Source: Octopus vulgaris
Lineage: Eukaryota
Direction of reading: 5' to 3'
Length of the DNA stretch: 64,000 bases
Assembly (NCBI GenBank): GCA_951406725.2
Contig: OX597817.1
Coordinates: forward strand, 103,106,001-103,170,000
Shown: positions 23,866-37,430 of the stretch, one piece after another
How positions within the stretch are numbered: the first letter of the stretch is position 1
How the letters are laid out: every line of letters begins with the position of its first letter
Notes under the pieces: model-generated
The model's input: only the letters and a program-made list of their open reading frames with translations
The model's database searches: none
Told to the model about the DNA's origin: nothing
Position numbers and translations under genes: made by a program

Positions 23866-24213
23866 AAGAAAAAAATAACAACGCAAGGATGTAGTACATG
23901 CAAAGTATTAATGAGACGCTCAGAGAAGGAAAGAAAGAGTGGTTGTTTTATGTTTCGAGCATAGCTCTTCTTTGGAAACAGGAGACATAGGAAAGTCCAA
24001 AAGAACAGGAAGGAGGAAAAATAATCACCAACAGTCCATGTAACCACAAGTGGACTGTTGGTGATGTTTTTCCTCCTTCCTTTTCTTTTGGACTTTCCTG
24101 TCTCCTGTTTCTAAAGAAGAGCTATGCTTGAAATATAAAACAACCACTTTTTCTTTCCTTCTCTGAGCATCTCATTAATACTTTGCATGTCTTTGTGTTG
24201 TTGTTTTTTTCTT
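23866..24213. mobile_element. Fold-back element with degenerate HHR in both arms
   Basis: Arms of about 170 bp inverted around a 12-nt loop (24039-24050). HHR relics: tttccAAAGAAGAGCTATGCTCGAAACATAAAAC on -, and gtttCTAAAGAAGAGCTATGCTTGAAATATAAAAC on +. Confidence 0.75.
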
Positions 24214-24368
24214 GTCTTTTTTACTCCATGTTTTATATTAACTATTTACCGCATGCTCACACAGACCCTTGTCCTTCTGACTGGCTTTGGAAAACCTAAT
24301 TTGTGGATTTATTTTACCATTGGATTACATCACCTTATTCATTTGGAGTAAGCCATTTCTGCACCTTG

Positions 24369-24401
<33 letters not shown>

Positions 24402-25537
24402 TTACATGTGCATGCATGTGTGTGTGGTGGTGTCTCCTGACCCTGACATTGCATGTTAATTGTAAATGGGTGTCGCTATCTGACAAGTAATGTCATTTAT
24501 TTCCAATATTCCGTGAGAACATGTCTGGCCGTAGAGAAAATATTACCTTACTTGGAAACACGTGAAGGGTGGCAAAAAGAAGGGCAGCTTGGTTGTAGAA
24601 AATCTACCTCAAATAAATTCTGTCTGACCCATGCAAGCATGGAAAAGTAGACTTTAAATGAGTATGGTGATGATGATGGTGAGATGATGATGGTGATGAT
24701 GATGACGATGATGATGATCATTATCATGATGTTGAGAAATACATTTCAAAGATTGTAGTCTTAATATTAAAATTATTTTGAGCTTTTATTATTTTAATGA
24801 CTTATGCTGTATCATATAAGCAATCTGTTCTTCAAGTGTTCTTACTCATAAGTTTGAATGATCTTAGCATTCTTTGACTCATTGGATAAATGAAGGAATG
24901 ATTCTCTCTCTCTCTCCTTCACTCTCTGTCTGTATGCATGTGTGTGTGTTCATGTGTATGTACATGTAAAGCAAACACAATATCACTGTTTGTAAAGCAA
25001 CAGTAAATATTAAGAGTACAATCTTTGAAATGTATTTCTCAACATCATGATTATCACCATCATCATCACCATACTCATTTAAATTGTCACATTCAATTCC
25101 ATATCATTTATGGAAGAATTTTGCTTGATGGCCCATTCTGGACCAAAATTTACAGCCAGAAAAAGTTAGGTCAATTTGTACACCAAGATGACTTTGGAGG
25201 ACCAAAAATTCCATGTAAAATGCAGCAGAGTCGGAAAAGATAGTACGATGCTTGAATATAGAGGCACAGGCATGGCTGTGTGGTAAGAAGCTTGCTTCCT
25301 AACCACTTGATACTATGTTCAGTCCCACTGCATAGTACCTTGGGCAAGTGTCTTCTACTATAGTCTCAGGTTGACCAAGGCCTTGTAAGTTAATTTGGTA
25401 GTCAGAAGCTGAAAGAAGCCTGTCATGTGTGCATGTGTATGTGTGTGTGTGTTTTGTATCTGTGTTTGTCCCCCCCCCCCCCACTTGACAACTGATATTG
25501 ATTTGTTTACTGCTCGGTAACTTAGCAGTTTGACAAA

Positions 25538-26460
25538 AGTAGACCAATACTTATGTGCCAGGTTTGGAACAAAAATGTAGAGGTCGATTCATTTAACTGA
25601 AAGTTCAAGGCAGTGCCCCAGCATGGCCACAGTGTAATGACAGAAATAGGTAAGAGATATACCATATATACACTAAATACTTCATTGACTTGTACACCAG
25701 AAATTATGGCATGTTTAATTGACAGGAAAATGTGTTTGAATATTCTTTGCTTTCACACTTTCAGACATTCTAGAAACGATTCTGCTTTTTGTAGTCTTTA
25801 TATTCCATTCACATGGTTAAATCATTGTTACTATAAAGTTTAACAGTTTTTCTTTCTTGTAATGTTGGTAATAAAACAACATAGTCATTACACTTCATTG
25901 TCATTTTGTGTAGGTGTTCTAGTACTTAAAGATATATAATTTCTTTTGGCAATCTTACAATTCAGCGATTTTTCTGCAAGCAATGTCACATAATGACTAT
26001 AGACTTACATTAACTAAGATAAATAGCTAACTTAAAGAACAAGTAAAAAAAAAAATATTTAAAGTGGATCTTCTGAAGAGCTAGCTTAACCTGTTCTTTA
26101 TAATATGTTGCTTAGTTTCAGACCTGTGATCAAAAGCATTCCAGCCATGACTACACTGTTTGTTCAAAGTATTCCTAGAGCTACATTATTCAATGTAACC
26201 CTCCTTAATTTAAATTGGGATGTTATGAATTAAAGGAGATTTGGTTGCTATTTCTAGCAGAGTGAACAAGTAGACCAATACTTATGTGCCAGGTTTGGAA
26301 ACAAAAATGTAGAGGTCAATTCATTTAACTGAAAGTTCAAGGCAGTGCCCCAGCATGGCTACAGTGTAATGACAGAAATAGGTAAAAGATATACCATATA
26401 TACACTAAATACTTCATTGACTTGTACACCAGAAATTATGGCATGTTTAATTGACAGGAT
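25538..26460 (+). repeat. About 190-bp near-identical direct duplication (about 25538-25727 and 26268-26459)
   Basis: aagtagaccaatacttatgtgccagg...ggcatgtttaattgacagga occurs twice and includes unique flank beyond the SINE. Confidence 0.85.
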
Positions 26461-27099
26461 GCTTATTGACCCAAACTCCAAAGTTTGAGCAGTAACAAAT
26501 GTAAAATGCTTGTTTGCTGGGTTATAATACAAGAAAAAACAACAAAGTAAAGTACACTGAAATTACTATATATGGCAATGTGTATATATTCTTTTCTACT
26601 CTAGGCACAAGGCTCCAAATTTTGGGGGAGAGGGCCAGTCGATTAGATCAACCCCAGTATGCAACTGGTACTTAATTTATCGACCCCGAAAGGATGAAGT
26701 CCATGAGTTTGGGTAAGTATGTATGTGGTGGAAGAAGAGGGCTCCGGCATTTTTAGACACAATTATCACCTAAATGTTTTATATTTTTTGTTATTTGATC
26801 TCTCTTTTTTTTTCGTTTTTAGAGATCATTTTAAAGTCTATATGAATATTGCTTTCAAGTTTTGGCACATGGCTGGCAATTTCAGGGGAGGGATAGGTCA
26901 AATAGATTGATCCCAGAGCTCAACTGGTACTTATTTTATCGGCCCCAAAAGGATGAAAGGCAAAGTCAACTTTGGTAGAATTTGGACTCAGAATGTAAAG
27001 ATGGACAAAATGCCACTGAGCATCTTGCTCAGTCTGCTAGCAATTCTGCTGGCTTGCCGCCTTAAAGTGTATATCAATATGTTGAGATCTCTATAAAAG

Positions 27100-29580
27100 T
27101 TTCATGGCTCTTGTTCTGTAGATTTGGATAGAGGAGGGGAATTCCATTATTTGGATGTGGAATCAGCTATGATTGCACAGGCAGGGGTAGGAATACTCAC
27201 AATTCCTTGGTTGTTGTGTTATAAAGTGGAAGGTTTGTTTCTGAAGTTTAGGCTGCATGAAGGATCTCTGTGGCTGGTGCAGGTTTATGTGCGAAACAGA
27301 GAGTTCAAATAAAAGTTCTTCCATAATAATGTCAGAACAGTTTTAAACATAGTTATTTGTTCTGCTCTGAAATTTCAATGAACATGTTGGCAAAGATTAC
27401 TTGATATAGAAAAGAGTGATTGGGAAGAATAGTGAACATGATCTAAATACAAGAGAAGATTCATTAGAAAAGGGCTCTGTATTACAAGTACCTTCACTCA
27501 GAGATATCCATGAATATTAGAATTAGATATTAGAATACTTTTGAACAGAGGACACTGATTGATTTTTTTTTTTTTTTTTGTAATTATTGATGTCTTTGAT
27601 TCTGTGGATGTTTTTGATTCTGTAGGAGTGTAAAGAGAAGGGCTGAACTGTCAACTGATCACCACTTGGTTGTCTACAACTGGAGACTATCTACAGCTAA
27701 GAGAACCAACAGGATAAAGTAGAAGGTGTTGTCTGATGGTGATGTTAGAAGCAACTATGCAGAAACTATTGCATTTGAATTTGGAGAACTTACTGAACTG
27801 AAGATGTCAGAGTAGAGATTGTTCAATTCAGCAGTTACTTCTTCAACTGTTCAATGATACAGATGAAAATAGCATGATGAAATGCCAAGTAGCAGAAGTA
27901 TGTCCTGGTTTAGTCAAGAAGTTAAAGATTCCATCTGAGCAAAGAAGGAAGCTTAAAAAACTTAGCTTGAAAATAAATCTATTTTGTTCTTGTGGTACTA
28001 TGAAGCAGAAAAAGTTGCAGCAAATTCAATAAAAACATGGGAGGATTTTGGGGTTCAGCAAATAAAGTATTCAGGCAGACCATCTGTCAACTTTGTAACA
28101 AGGAGTACCACTCCACCCCTGCCACCAAGAACTTGTTTAGGGTTCTCTCCCCCAAGAAGTACCTCAAGGGTGGAGAGAAGAGTTTGCTGATCTCTTAAAT
28201 CTGATCATTGTAACATCTTCAATTATACATTAAGTGTGTTTGGAGGTGAAAGCAAACCTCACAGGCGAGTGAAGCTTTTAAATGTGGCAAAGCCACTGGA
28301 GATTGATGAAATCCAGTTTGAGATGTTAAAAGCTTTAAACAGAGAAAGTATTTTTGGGTTGACCTACATATGGCCTGAACCCCTGGAAAGGTACCAAAGT
28401 AATGGCAATCAGGAGTGGTAATCCCAATTTTTAAAAAAGAGCAACAAGAGAGAATGTTCTAATTATAGTGAAATTGCCTTGTTAATCTTTGTTGAGCCCA
28501 AACAAGCTGATGAACAGTGTGACTTTTGTTCCAAAATACAGTATGTCTGACCAAATATTTATATTACAGTAAGTCTTCAAAAAAATCACAGAAGTATTGT
28601 CAAGAAGTATGCACTTGTTTAGTAGATCTAGAAATAGTATATGACTGCATGTTATAGGTTTTGTTGCCTTGAAATCCCAGTGTAAATACTTTAAAGTTGG
28701 TGCTCATGTAAATGTTGCTAGGTCAAAACATTTACACAGGAGTTTGAATTTTGCCAGGTGTGTGTATTATCACCTTTTCTATTTATAATCTTTTTGAATT
28801 GGACTGTCATGCTGGAGTGGGAATGGTTTCAAAATTGGTAGAAGTAGGATCAGCTGGCTGATATTTTTGAACACCATAGTACAATTTAGCTTGTCAAAAG
28901 GTGGTCTTCAACATATACTAAATAGCTTTGCTGCAAAGTGCTGTAAGACAGGTATGAAAATCAGTTTATGAAGATAGACATTGGAAAGCCTGATCAGTGT
29001 GCTTTGCATATTAGTGGAGCTTCACTGAGGCACATGAAGAAGTTCAAGTATCTTGGAGTCATTTTTGTGAGTGATGTAAGGCTGCAAGAATTACTGGAAT
29101 TGGTGCAATAATGTACTAAATTCATCAATCAGAAGAAGAGATGTAATGAAAAAAAGCCTAACTTGTAATATTCAGATCTAGTGCCTACTTTTACTTAAGG
29201 TCATGAGCCTTGGGTAATGATTAAAAGAGTATAATCAAGAATATAAGTGGCTGAAGTGGGGTTCCCCCAAAGAGATGATGGAGTAACATTACTCTATGTA
29301 GTGATTATGGGGTTCCTCTAAGTTGGGTCATACTTTTTTCCCTAAGAGGACACAGGTACTGTGGGCACGTGATTCAAATACCTGAGCAAAGAATTACAGG
29401 AGAGTTTTACGAGCAAGGTCAACTTGTAGGAGGCCTAGGGTAGACTACAAGTTAGATGTGTGGGTAATAACTATAAACTTGGATGGGTAAGTAATAACTA
29501 TAACCTAGAAATCTAGCTGTAACATTTGTTGATAGATGTTTCAGACAGGAGTCTCTGGAGAGCATGTTTAAGGACTCAAG
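27100..29580 (+). mobile_element. Degenerate RTE-clade LINE (APE and RT)
   Basis: GVGILT, STDHHLVV, EIDEIQFEMLKAL, FKYLGVIF, GHEPWVM; many stops and frameshifts. Confidence 0.75.
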
Positions 29581-29799
29581 TCACCTTGACTCTCACAGGA
29601 AAACTGCGTTATGAAATTGGATGGATGGATGGATGAATCCTTGCTGTGTAAGTAATAGTAGTAGTTGTGGTAGTAGTAATTGTATTGATGGTAGGAGGAG
29701 GAGGAAATTCAGGCTAATCCAGTGTGTATGCATGAGGGTGAGGGGATAATATGAGATAAGTTTCAGATTATCAAGATGTATCTTCAAATGGGGATAGCG

Positions 29800-30070
29800 T
29801 GAAATTTTTATTCCGGTAAACACAGGAATTTTATCAACGTAGTCGGGACATGTAAAGGGCTAATCAGTCTCTTATATGCCCGACAGTTCTCTGCGTTAAT
29901 GTTAATGGATCGATGGGGCGTGGGGAGACGACAAAAATTGTAAACAGTAACAAATAAAGGTACTCTATTTTGTTATTCGTAAATCGAACATTTTATGTAC
30001 TCCCACCACCACAAAATAATTATCCATTAGGAAATGCTTGGATGATTAATCAGTATCAACGCCTAAATCG
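29800..30070. promoter_or_regulatory. CpG-retaining segment with GC box; possible promoter of the minus-strand orphan gene
   Basis: GGGGCGTGG and two GTAAACA forkhead-like sites; lies at the edge of the CpG-depleted 15.5-29.6 kb block. Confidence 0.25.
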
Positions 30071-30289
30071 CTGATGTATGGTAGTATTTCAGATACTTTG
30101 TAGTAAATAATGCTAGCAGAAAATAAAACAAGTCTATATACCACACTCTCAATGTAATTATTTGTTTTAACAGACGATCTTGAGTGAAGTCACTGGCCAG
30201 ATGATTCATTCAGTCTTTCATTGTATTACATGCATAGTAAGTGAATCTCTTCGTGGTCGTTCGATTTTCAAGAAATAACAGCCAGATAA

Positions 30290-30900
30290 AAAAAAAAAAA
30301 TGAAATTATTGTATACAGTGCTCATGTGCACCACAACTTGTCAAAAGTGCGTATAAAGCATATGCAGTAATGTACAAATGTCTGGGAAGTGAACAGTGTA
30401 TGAGTCAGATACATGCTTGCGTGTGTATGGAAGTGGGGGTGGGGGATCAGGTGTAGTGTTGGCGAATCATGGAAGTTTGGAAGGATGCAGTGCTCTGACA
30501 ACTAACAACTAATGCCGGCAGTTTGTTCCATACTTCAGCAACTCTTAGCGTGAAAAAAATGTTTCCGAAAGTCATGGGAGCTGTGCTGTTTTCTGACTTT
30601 GTAAACATGTCCACGAGTGTTAGACAGGTGGAGTTTGGAAAGGTACTCAGAGTTATTGTTAGTAAGATGGTCAATAATTTTATGGGTGTCTGCCAAGTCA
30701 GCTGTCAGACGTTGGAGTTTCAATGTATCCATGCTCAGGGAAGTAAGGCGTTCAGAATATGGCAAATGCCTGATGGAGGGTATTCTCTTGGTTACACGTC
30801 GCTGAACGGTTTCCAGACGATTAATATCCTGGGCAAGATAGGGGTTCCAGACTGGTGATGCAAATTCCAGGTGAGGCCGCACCATAGCTATATAAAACCT
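30290..30900 (-). mobile_element. CR1-clade LINE 3' end
   Basis: MVRPHLEFASPVWNPYLAQDINRLETVQRRVTKRIPSIRHLPYSERL...FFTLRVAEVWNKLP. Confidence 0.9.
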
Positions 30901-31958
30901 CAGATCTCTTAAACCATAGCTGAATGTCTTAAAAGAAGGATAATTGGATCACATCTGTGCGTGTGTGTAAAAATGGGGCATTTGAGGACTAAGCATCTCA
31001 TAATCCCCACATTAAACTGTCTGGACTAATTTCAACAGTTATTGTACATTACAACAACTATATGTTGAAGCCATTCTAGAGGACTTACGTCCAATGCAAT
31101 TGTATATATATATATATATTGCAATGTCATATTTTTTTTTACAAGTTATGCACAGTCAATCATTAATAAAAGATTTAATACTCTTAATTACTTCTTTTAT
31201 TATTTACGGTATTTAAATGAAAAACCGCATTTTTCTAAACCATAATTGTCATTTTCTTTTCTGTTCATCCACTGAGAGTAAATAAATTTAATATTAATTG
31301 ATTTGATATTCGCCATGTATAACATTTTCTTAGACTGCATTTAAATGGCCTTAAGGCCAAATATATTAAGCATGAACTCGAAGCTAACATTCTAGCCTGT
31401 ATATTTTTTATACTCGTATTGTTTAAAATTTATTAACGTTTGGCTCTTATAAATCTGTGCATCCATATATGCTGTACAATAAATTTCAGCCTTTAAAGTA
31501 AAATACATAAAAGCAGCTGACCAGGTAGTCTATTTGTGTGTGCTCCACATGTTAGAAATAGCAGTCAAATTCCCCGTAACCCGTAGTAAAACAACATTAA
31601 ATAATGTATTCATAATGCCCGAATAAAAGTATTTAGAGGGTTTTTGATCACAGATCTCTTCTATCAGAACAACATTAAACAGTTCATCAATGTTTGATTT
31701 ATTAAATATCCTGGATTCTCTGAATACTACAAAATCTTATAAAATGACAATGTTCTCAAAGATTTACATGCTTATATGTAAATTAATTATTACATATATA
31801 ATACATATATATCACATATATAATGCAAAAACACTCTGCAGACTCCGATTGTCAATAATATAGAGATATAATTTTTAAGTGTTTTCTTTCTATTTGAAAA
31901 TAAAAATTTATTTGCCTGAGTTTAAAAATATTAGACATTGTTTACATATATTTGTGCG

Positions 31959-32018
<60 letters not shown>

Positions 32019-35000
32019 TGTGTGTATTGTTATGGCTCCTCCCTGCTCATATTGTCTGGACATATCCGCATTTTAAATCTCCATCGCAGTACAGAACCAC
32101 ATTGCATATATTGATTCTGTTGTGAGTACAGACTCAGAACAACGTATTTAAATCAGTAGCTTCTGATCTCACACTAACAAAATGATGAAATTATACCATG
32201 CATTTACTGTAATCTCTTTTATATCAAAACATTCACAACCAAAAGAAACATATTTATTTGTTTAATAAATCGTTCGTCATCATTATCATTTGTCGGCTAC
32301 AATTTGTATTTACAGCGGGTAAGATGTGGGATACATTACATTTCCCATTCTATGAGTGCAGCACCACTATTCTCTGTAGCTGTCTTGGCATTGTTTTCCA
32401 GGGGATGCCTATGGTTTATCTTCTCATGGGTCGATTTCAGATAATGAATTGGCTGGTGGGCAACTTTGGTGTTTTAAACATTTCCCTGAAAGCTACATCC
32501 GTTTTCTTGCTGTTTTGGTCAAATGAAGGAAATTGCCTTAGAGATCCTCGTTAGTCATTTTCTACATTCAATTGACACTGAAGGCCATTTGAAGTATCTA
32601 AATGTAGCAGCTAAAGGGGTAATTGCAAGAGTTCAGTGAGAGTCTAGGTTTCGCACTCGAAAGGGGGATTGTTTCGATTACTATTACGAAGATTCTCCTC
32701 CCGAGTTAGACAGACAATTTGGAAATACAGATTTTCTGCTATTATTGAGCACTTTTCAGGAAAGCCCATCAACACCCCAACGTTCTTCTCCGAGCACCTT
32801 CAACAGTCTTCAACGGTTCGTGACCACCTATGATGTTGGCTATGTATTAATTTTTCCTGTCCCGACTTTGTCGCCCTCGGTTTTTATTTTTAACACAAGG
32901 ACTTCAGTATCTGTGATTTCATCCGGTAGGAAAGTCGACAAAACTTATTTCATGATCTGCAACTGCTTACCATCCTGGACGTAGTCCAGAACTATGACGA
33001 AACCTTGTAGGACCCCGTCCGGAACTCAAACACTCAATTTATGTATGTGCCTTAGAAGGATTGAAGAAAGGTGGAATTCTACACATCTGCAAGAGACTGA
33101 TAATCTCTTTCAGATGATTTGAATCAAATAAATGTTAAAACAATGGACAGACTGTTCTTTACGACTTCACATATTTCACAAAATATGTTCTCTAAAAACA
33201 ATCGCCAAATATACCATCTTCAAAATATGTAAAGAGTTTCAGCAAACTACAGCATTATTGAATACAAGTTGAACAACCACCATGAACGCCTTTTGTGTAA
33301 TCACCCGACCTGTGAGAAATAACAGCCAAATATCCTTTAGATCTTAAGACCCTGCCAATTTAAAGAAAATTACAACAAATACTATATTGGATAAAACATA
33401 ATGATACACGATGCGTGAAAAAATGCAAGACGGCCATGGCTGGAACTATTTTGATCATGTTTACACGAATCGATCCGACCTAGGGCTAAACAACGATTGT
33501 GTGTTGTTTAAGAAGAAAACTATAAAGAGTAATATACACATTTATGCAGGTCATGTTCAGTGTTACAATAATAGATGTGCAGATTATTAAATGTAGAGGC
33601 TTTTGTAGTTAGCTTTTGTAAACTAGGGTGAAACATGCTTAACTGAACAGTCAGGTCAACGTCAGAAACGTTTCTGCAGACGCCCAACAAGCTAGAAATA
33701 ACAGCAAATCTCATTCAAACTTTACTCTCATCGCCTTAACAATTGATGTACAATAGCTCGTGATGAAGACGAAGTATAGAATGAAAAACAATGAAACACT
33801 TGTGACCAAATCAAATGGACAAATGGAACCGACTTTCTTTTGTTTAGTTTTTTTCTTCTTTGTTTTGAATTGCTTTAAACATAAATTTACCTTTCCCTAT
33901 TTTGATTTAAGAAATTTATGTTATCAAAAAATTTTCATGATGCTTAAAGTAATTTCTAATTTATCTTTTTTTTTTATACAGAAATGTTTTATAAAATAAT
34001 CGTATTTCGGCCTGTTAGTAAGGAAGACACAGAAATAAGAAAGAAGAAAGCAAAGGACCACTGATGAGGTCACAGAAGTGTTTTATAAAATAATTTAGAC
34101 TAAAACGTCATTATTTTCATTGATTTCGATTTAAAAACAGAAATTACTAGGCGAACAAAATCAACTACTTACAAACGTTGTAAAATGTAAATGAAATCAG
34201 GAAAACATAAAAAGTATGTTTTTTAATATGTGCGCTTACCTTTCAATACAATTTTTGAAAAGATCGACTGCTGCAAACCTGATCTATGAGAACCTCTTGG
34301 CAGATGACGATTTCACTACCTTACTAAATTATGATATTTAGTTTAGTATTCATATAATTAAAGTCATTCCTAAAGTACATAATTTAAACCTGAAACGTAT
34401 TTACGTATAATTTTAATTAATTTTAAAATTGTTAATTATTATTATTATTATTTTGTTTACGAAAATTACGAAAATACTAACTAACCACGTGCATAATAAT
34501 GTCATAATTTGCTTACGAAGTAGATAGTTGGTGCGTATGTTCTCCATAATTTTCCGCATTATATCAACAAATATTTCCTTTTTCACATTAAATTGGTTGT
34601 TTTGTTTTTATAAGCAGCATGTATGATAATTACTCCTGTTCTTGTGAGTTATTGTAATACTACCATTAAGTTTAAACATTTATTGATTATTTTCAATTTC
34701 CTCTTGGAAAGACTTCCAAGTCTTGCCGAAATCTTCCGAAAACTACACTATTTATTTTCTAATGTAAATTCAGTAACCTTCAACAAAAGCGGCGTCTACA
34801 GTTATCTACCTAGAGACTTGTTTAAAATTTACTGTTAGCAGTTATTGTTTAAACATCTGCGGCACATAGAAACATCCTAGATTGCATCTAAAGGAAACCC
34901 ATTCAGCTGAATAGACTCACTACTCAAACTATTGTTTACCAAACTATTTCAAACTCTCGCCCACAGATGTGATGTTTCCTCACTCTTTATTTTCAGTTAT

Positions 35001-35269
35001 AACTACTACAACAACCTCTGTTCCTTGGAGCTAACTTGTTATATATCACTTTCAACGAAACCCTTCTGACATCCCTCTTTCTCTTGTCATCCGTTTTGTA
35101 TTCCTCCTACACTACCCGCTTTACCCAATCCCTCCTGAATGTCAACTCTTAGTATTTCCCTTCTTATGCGCATATTTCCTGCACAAGTCTAGTAGTCATT
35201 ACATATGTGTGCATTAAATATGTAATGCAGCTGTGTCTTGCACATATGTGCTAATATTTTCAATGGTTT

Positions 35270-35480
35270 AAGGCGGCAAACTGGTAGAATCGTTATCACG
35301 CCGTGCGAAATGCTTAGTGACATTTCGTCCGTCTTCATGTTCTAAGTTCAAATTCCGCCGTCATCGACTTTGCCTTTCATCCTTTCAGGGTCGATTAAAA
35401 AGGGCACTGGAGTCGATGTAAACGACTTACCCCCTCCCCCGATCTTGCTGGCCATGTATCAAAATTTGAAATCAATATTT
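35270..35480 (+). mobile_element. Family-A SINE, CpG-intact copy
   Basis: gcggcaaactggtagaatcgtt...gttcaaattccgccg...gcctttcatcctttcaggggtcg; flanked by an imperfect aatatttt...ttta duplication. Confidence 0.8.
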
Positions 35481-37334
35481 TCTATGATTTAGACTTTTCC
35501 TCCATCTCTTGTGCATAGCCTTGCATAAATTTTGAGATTTTTTCAACTAAATATTTTCAGATTCTTTTACTGCCTCTTAAACTTGGTTGGCAAGCTTATC
35601 ATCCCTGTAGTTTTTTCTGTCGTCTCTGTCAATCCTGTGTTCTGACTTTATTTTTTAGTTTTTCTGTGACATTGATGGCTTCCACTATTATTACATGACT
35701 TTTGCAACCCTGTAATTATTGTCATTCACTTTGCTTTTGTAAAACCAGTGCAGTTGTCTCTGCCGTACATATTAGTTGATACTTTAATATCCGTCTCTAC
35801 TGCTGTTGATTGCTAGTGATCATGGCCTTCATAGTAACTCAGCTATCGCCATCCTGGCATCCCATCAAAGATGCAGGTGTACATAATAAAACTGCTTGTA
35901 AGGCTTAAGAAAAATTCTTTTTGCTAGCTTTTGCAAGTTACGGCCTTCACTTCTGGAACTTATTTTCACCAGCAAGAAACAATCAAGGCAGGTGTTATTA
36001 CCTGGCATTTTTTGTGGGGTATTTTCTCTTAGTTCTCAGCTCTAATGTTAGTTTATGTTTAACTTCACAAAACTTGAGCATTCACTCCCCAAGGCCTACA
36101 TACATATACAACCGTTCTTTTAACACACAAAGCATTGGGATTTGCACTTACATAGAATGAACTGTTGAGCACATTTTATGAAAATGAGACTACAATGCAC
36201 ACGTAAAAAATAAAAAAATAGTTAAAATATCTTCTTAGTATATAATGGTGGCAAATTTTACATCATCTGAAAAGTCATTATCTCTTGACAGACGTTTCAA
36301 CAAACACCCATAAATTAAATGCATCTATCAGGGCCACGATCGTGGCCTGTCGAACTGTGCCTGACGGCCACGATTGTAGCTCGTTGTGCTTAAATGTATT
36401 AAGGTTACTTGTGCTCAGCCTCTCATATCTAACTTATTTCTCTTCAGTCTTTGTAGATCTACTTTCAGTGTCCAAGTTTCATCACCATGTAGCATCATAC
36501 ACATACTCCATTCAGTCTGTCTTTTCTATGGAGAGAGAAATTGCCTTTGTTGTTTAACCCCAGGTCACTCCTAATCAAGCAAACCTATGATCAATACCAT
36601 TCCAGCTGTGACCATTCTGTCATTTTAGAAGTGTGTGGGAATGCATCTATTCTATTTCAAATGGTGGTGTGTTAGTTTAGGAAAATTTGGTTGCCATTTC
36701 TAGCTGGCCGAATGATTACATAGACTTTTACTTCTTGGCTCATATATATATCAAGGCAATACAAAACCTTTTTAATTCCTATAGAGATAAAAAATAAAAC
36801 TTCTGAACTTCTCCCACTGATTCTTACTCTCTACTTCTATATTTTCCCTCAATCAGTGGTCGGTTACTACTATCTCACTCCTTCCAGAAGTGTCTAGGAA
36901 ATTGAAATTGAATCCTTGGAGTGGTTCCATTGTTATTGTAATAGAATAATTGATACAATCTACAGAAAGAAGTGATTTTTATTAAGAATAATGTTGTTTT
37001 GCCCCAGATTAGTTCTGATTCATTTTTCTTATAAAATATTTTCTGTCTTTTGTATATTAGAGACTACATTGCCCATATGTGTTCTCTTTTTAAAACCGTA
37101 GAACATGTCTGAAGAAATTTGGTTGCTGATTCTGGAAGATGAAGCACTTTCATAGAGGTTTCTTCATTGTCTCATAACAGTTATTATTTTTTTATTTTTT
37201 TAAAAATGATGATGAAAGTTTGCATGTTTTGTTAATGTTACTTAAATATTTGAAGTTGATAGCATCTTACAGAAAACTAATACTTTCTTTCCATATGAAA
37301 ATAAAAGGACACCACAAATTCTTTGGGAGCTATT

Positions 37335-37430
37335 ATGGAGGCAGTACACATATTCTTAAAAAGCAAACATATCCAAGTACCAATGGAATGGTTAGATGCT
37401 TGTATTGATTGGCTTAAGGAAGAACATCAG
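37335..37430 (+). CDS. RMI1: RMI1 coding exon 1
   Basis: MEAVHIFLKSKHIQVPMEWLDACIDWLKEEHQ|gtatgt. Confidence 0.9.

Noticed and set aside
34058-34080. Isolated CTGATGAGGTC as a hammerhead
   Set aside because: No closing stem II, GAAA or stem I partner found.
36332-36347. Perfect 16-bp palindrome GGCCACGATCGTGGCC with a partial repeat
   Set aside because: Too short to assign; most likely a tiny TE remnant.
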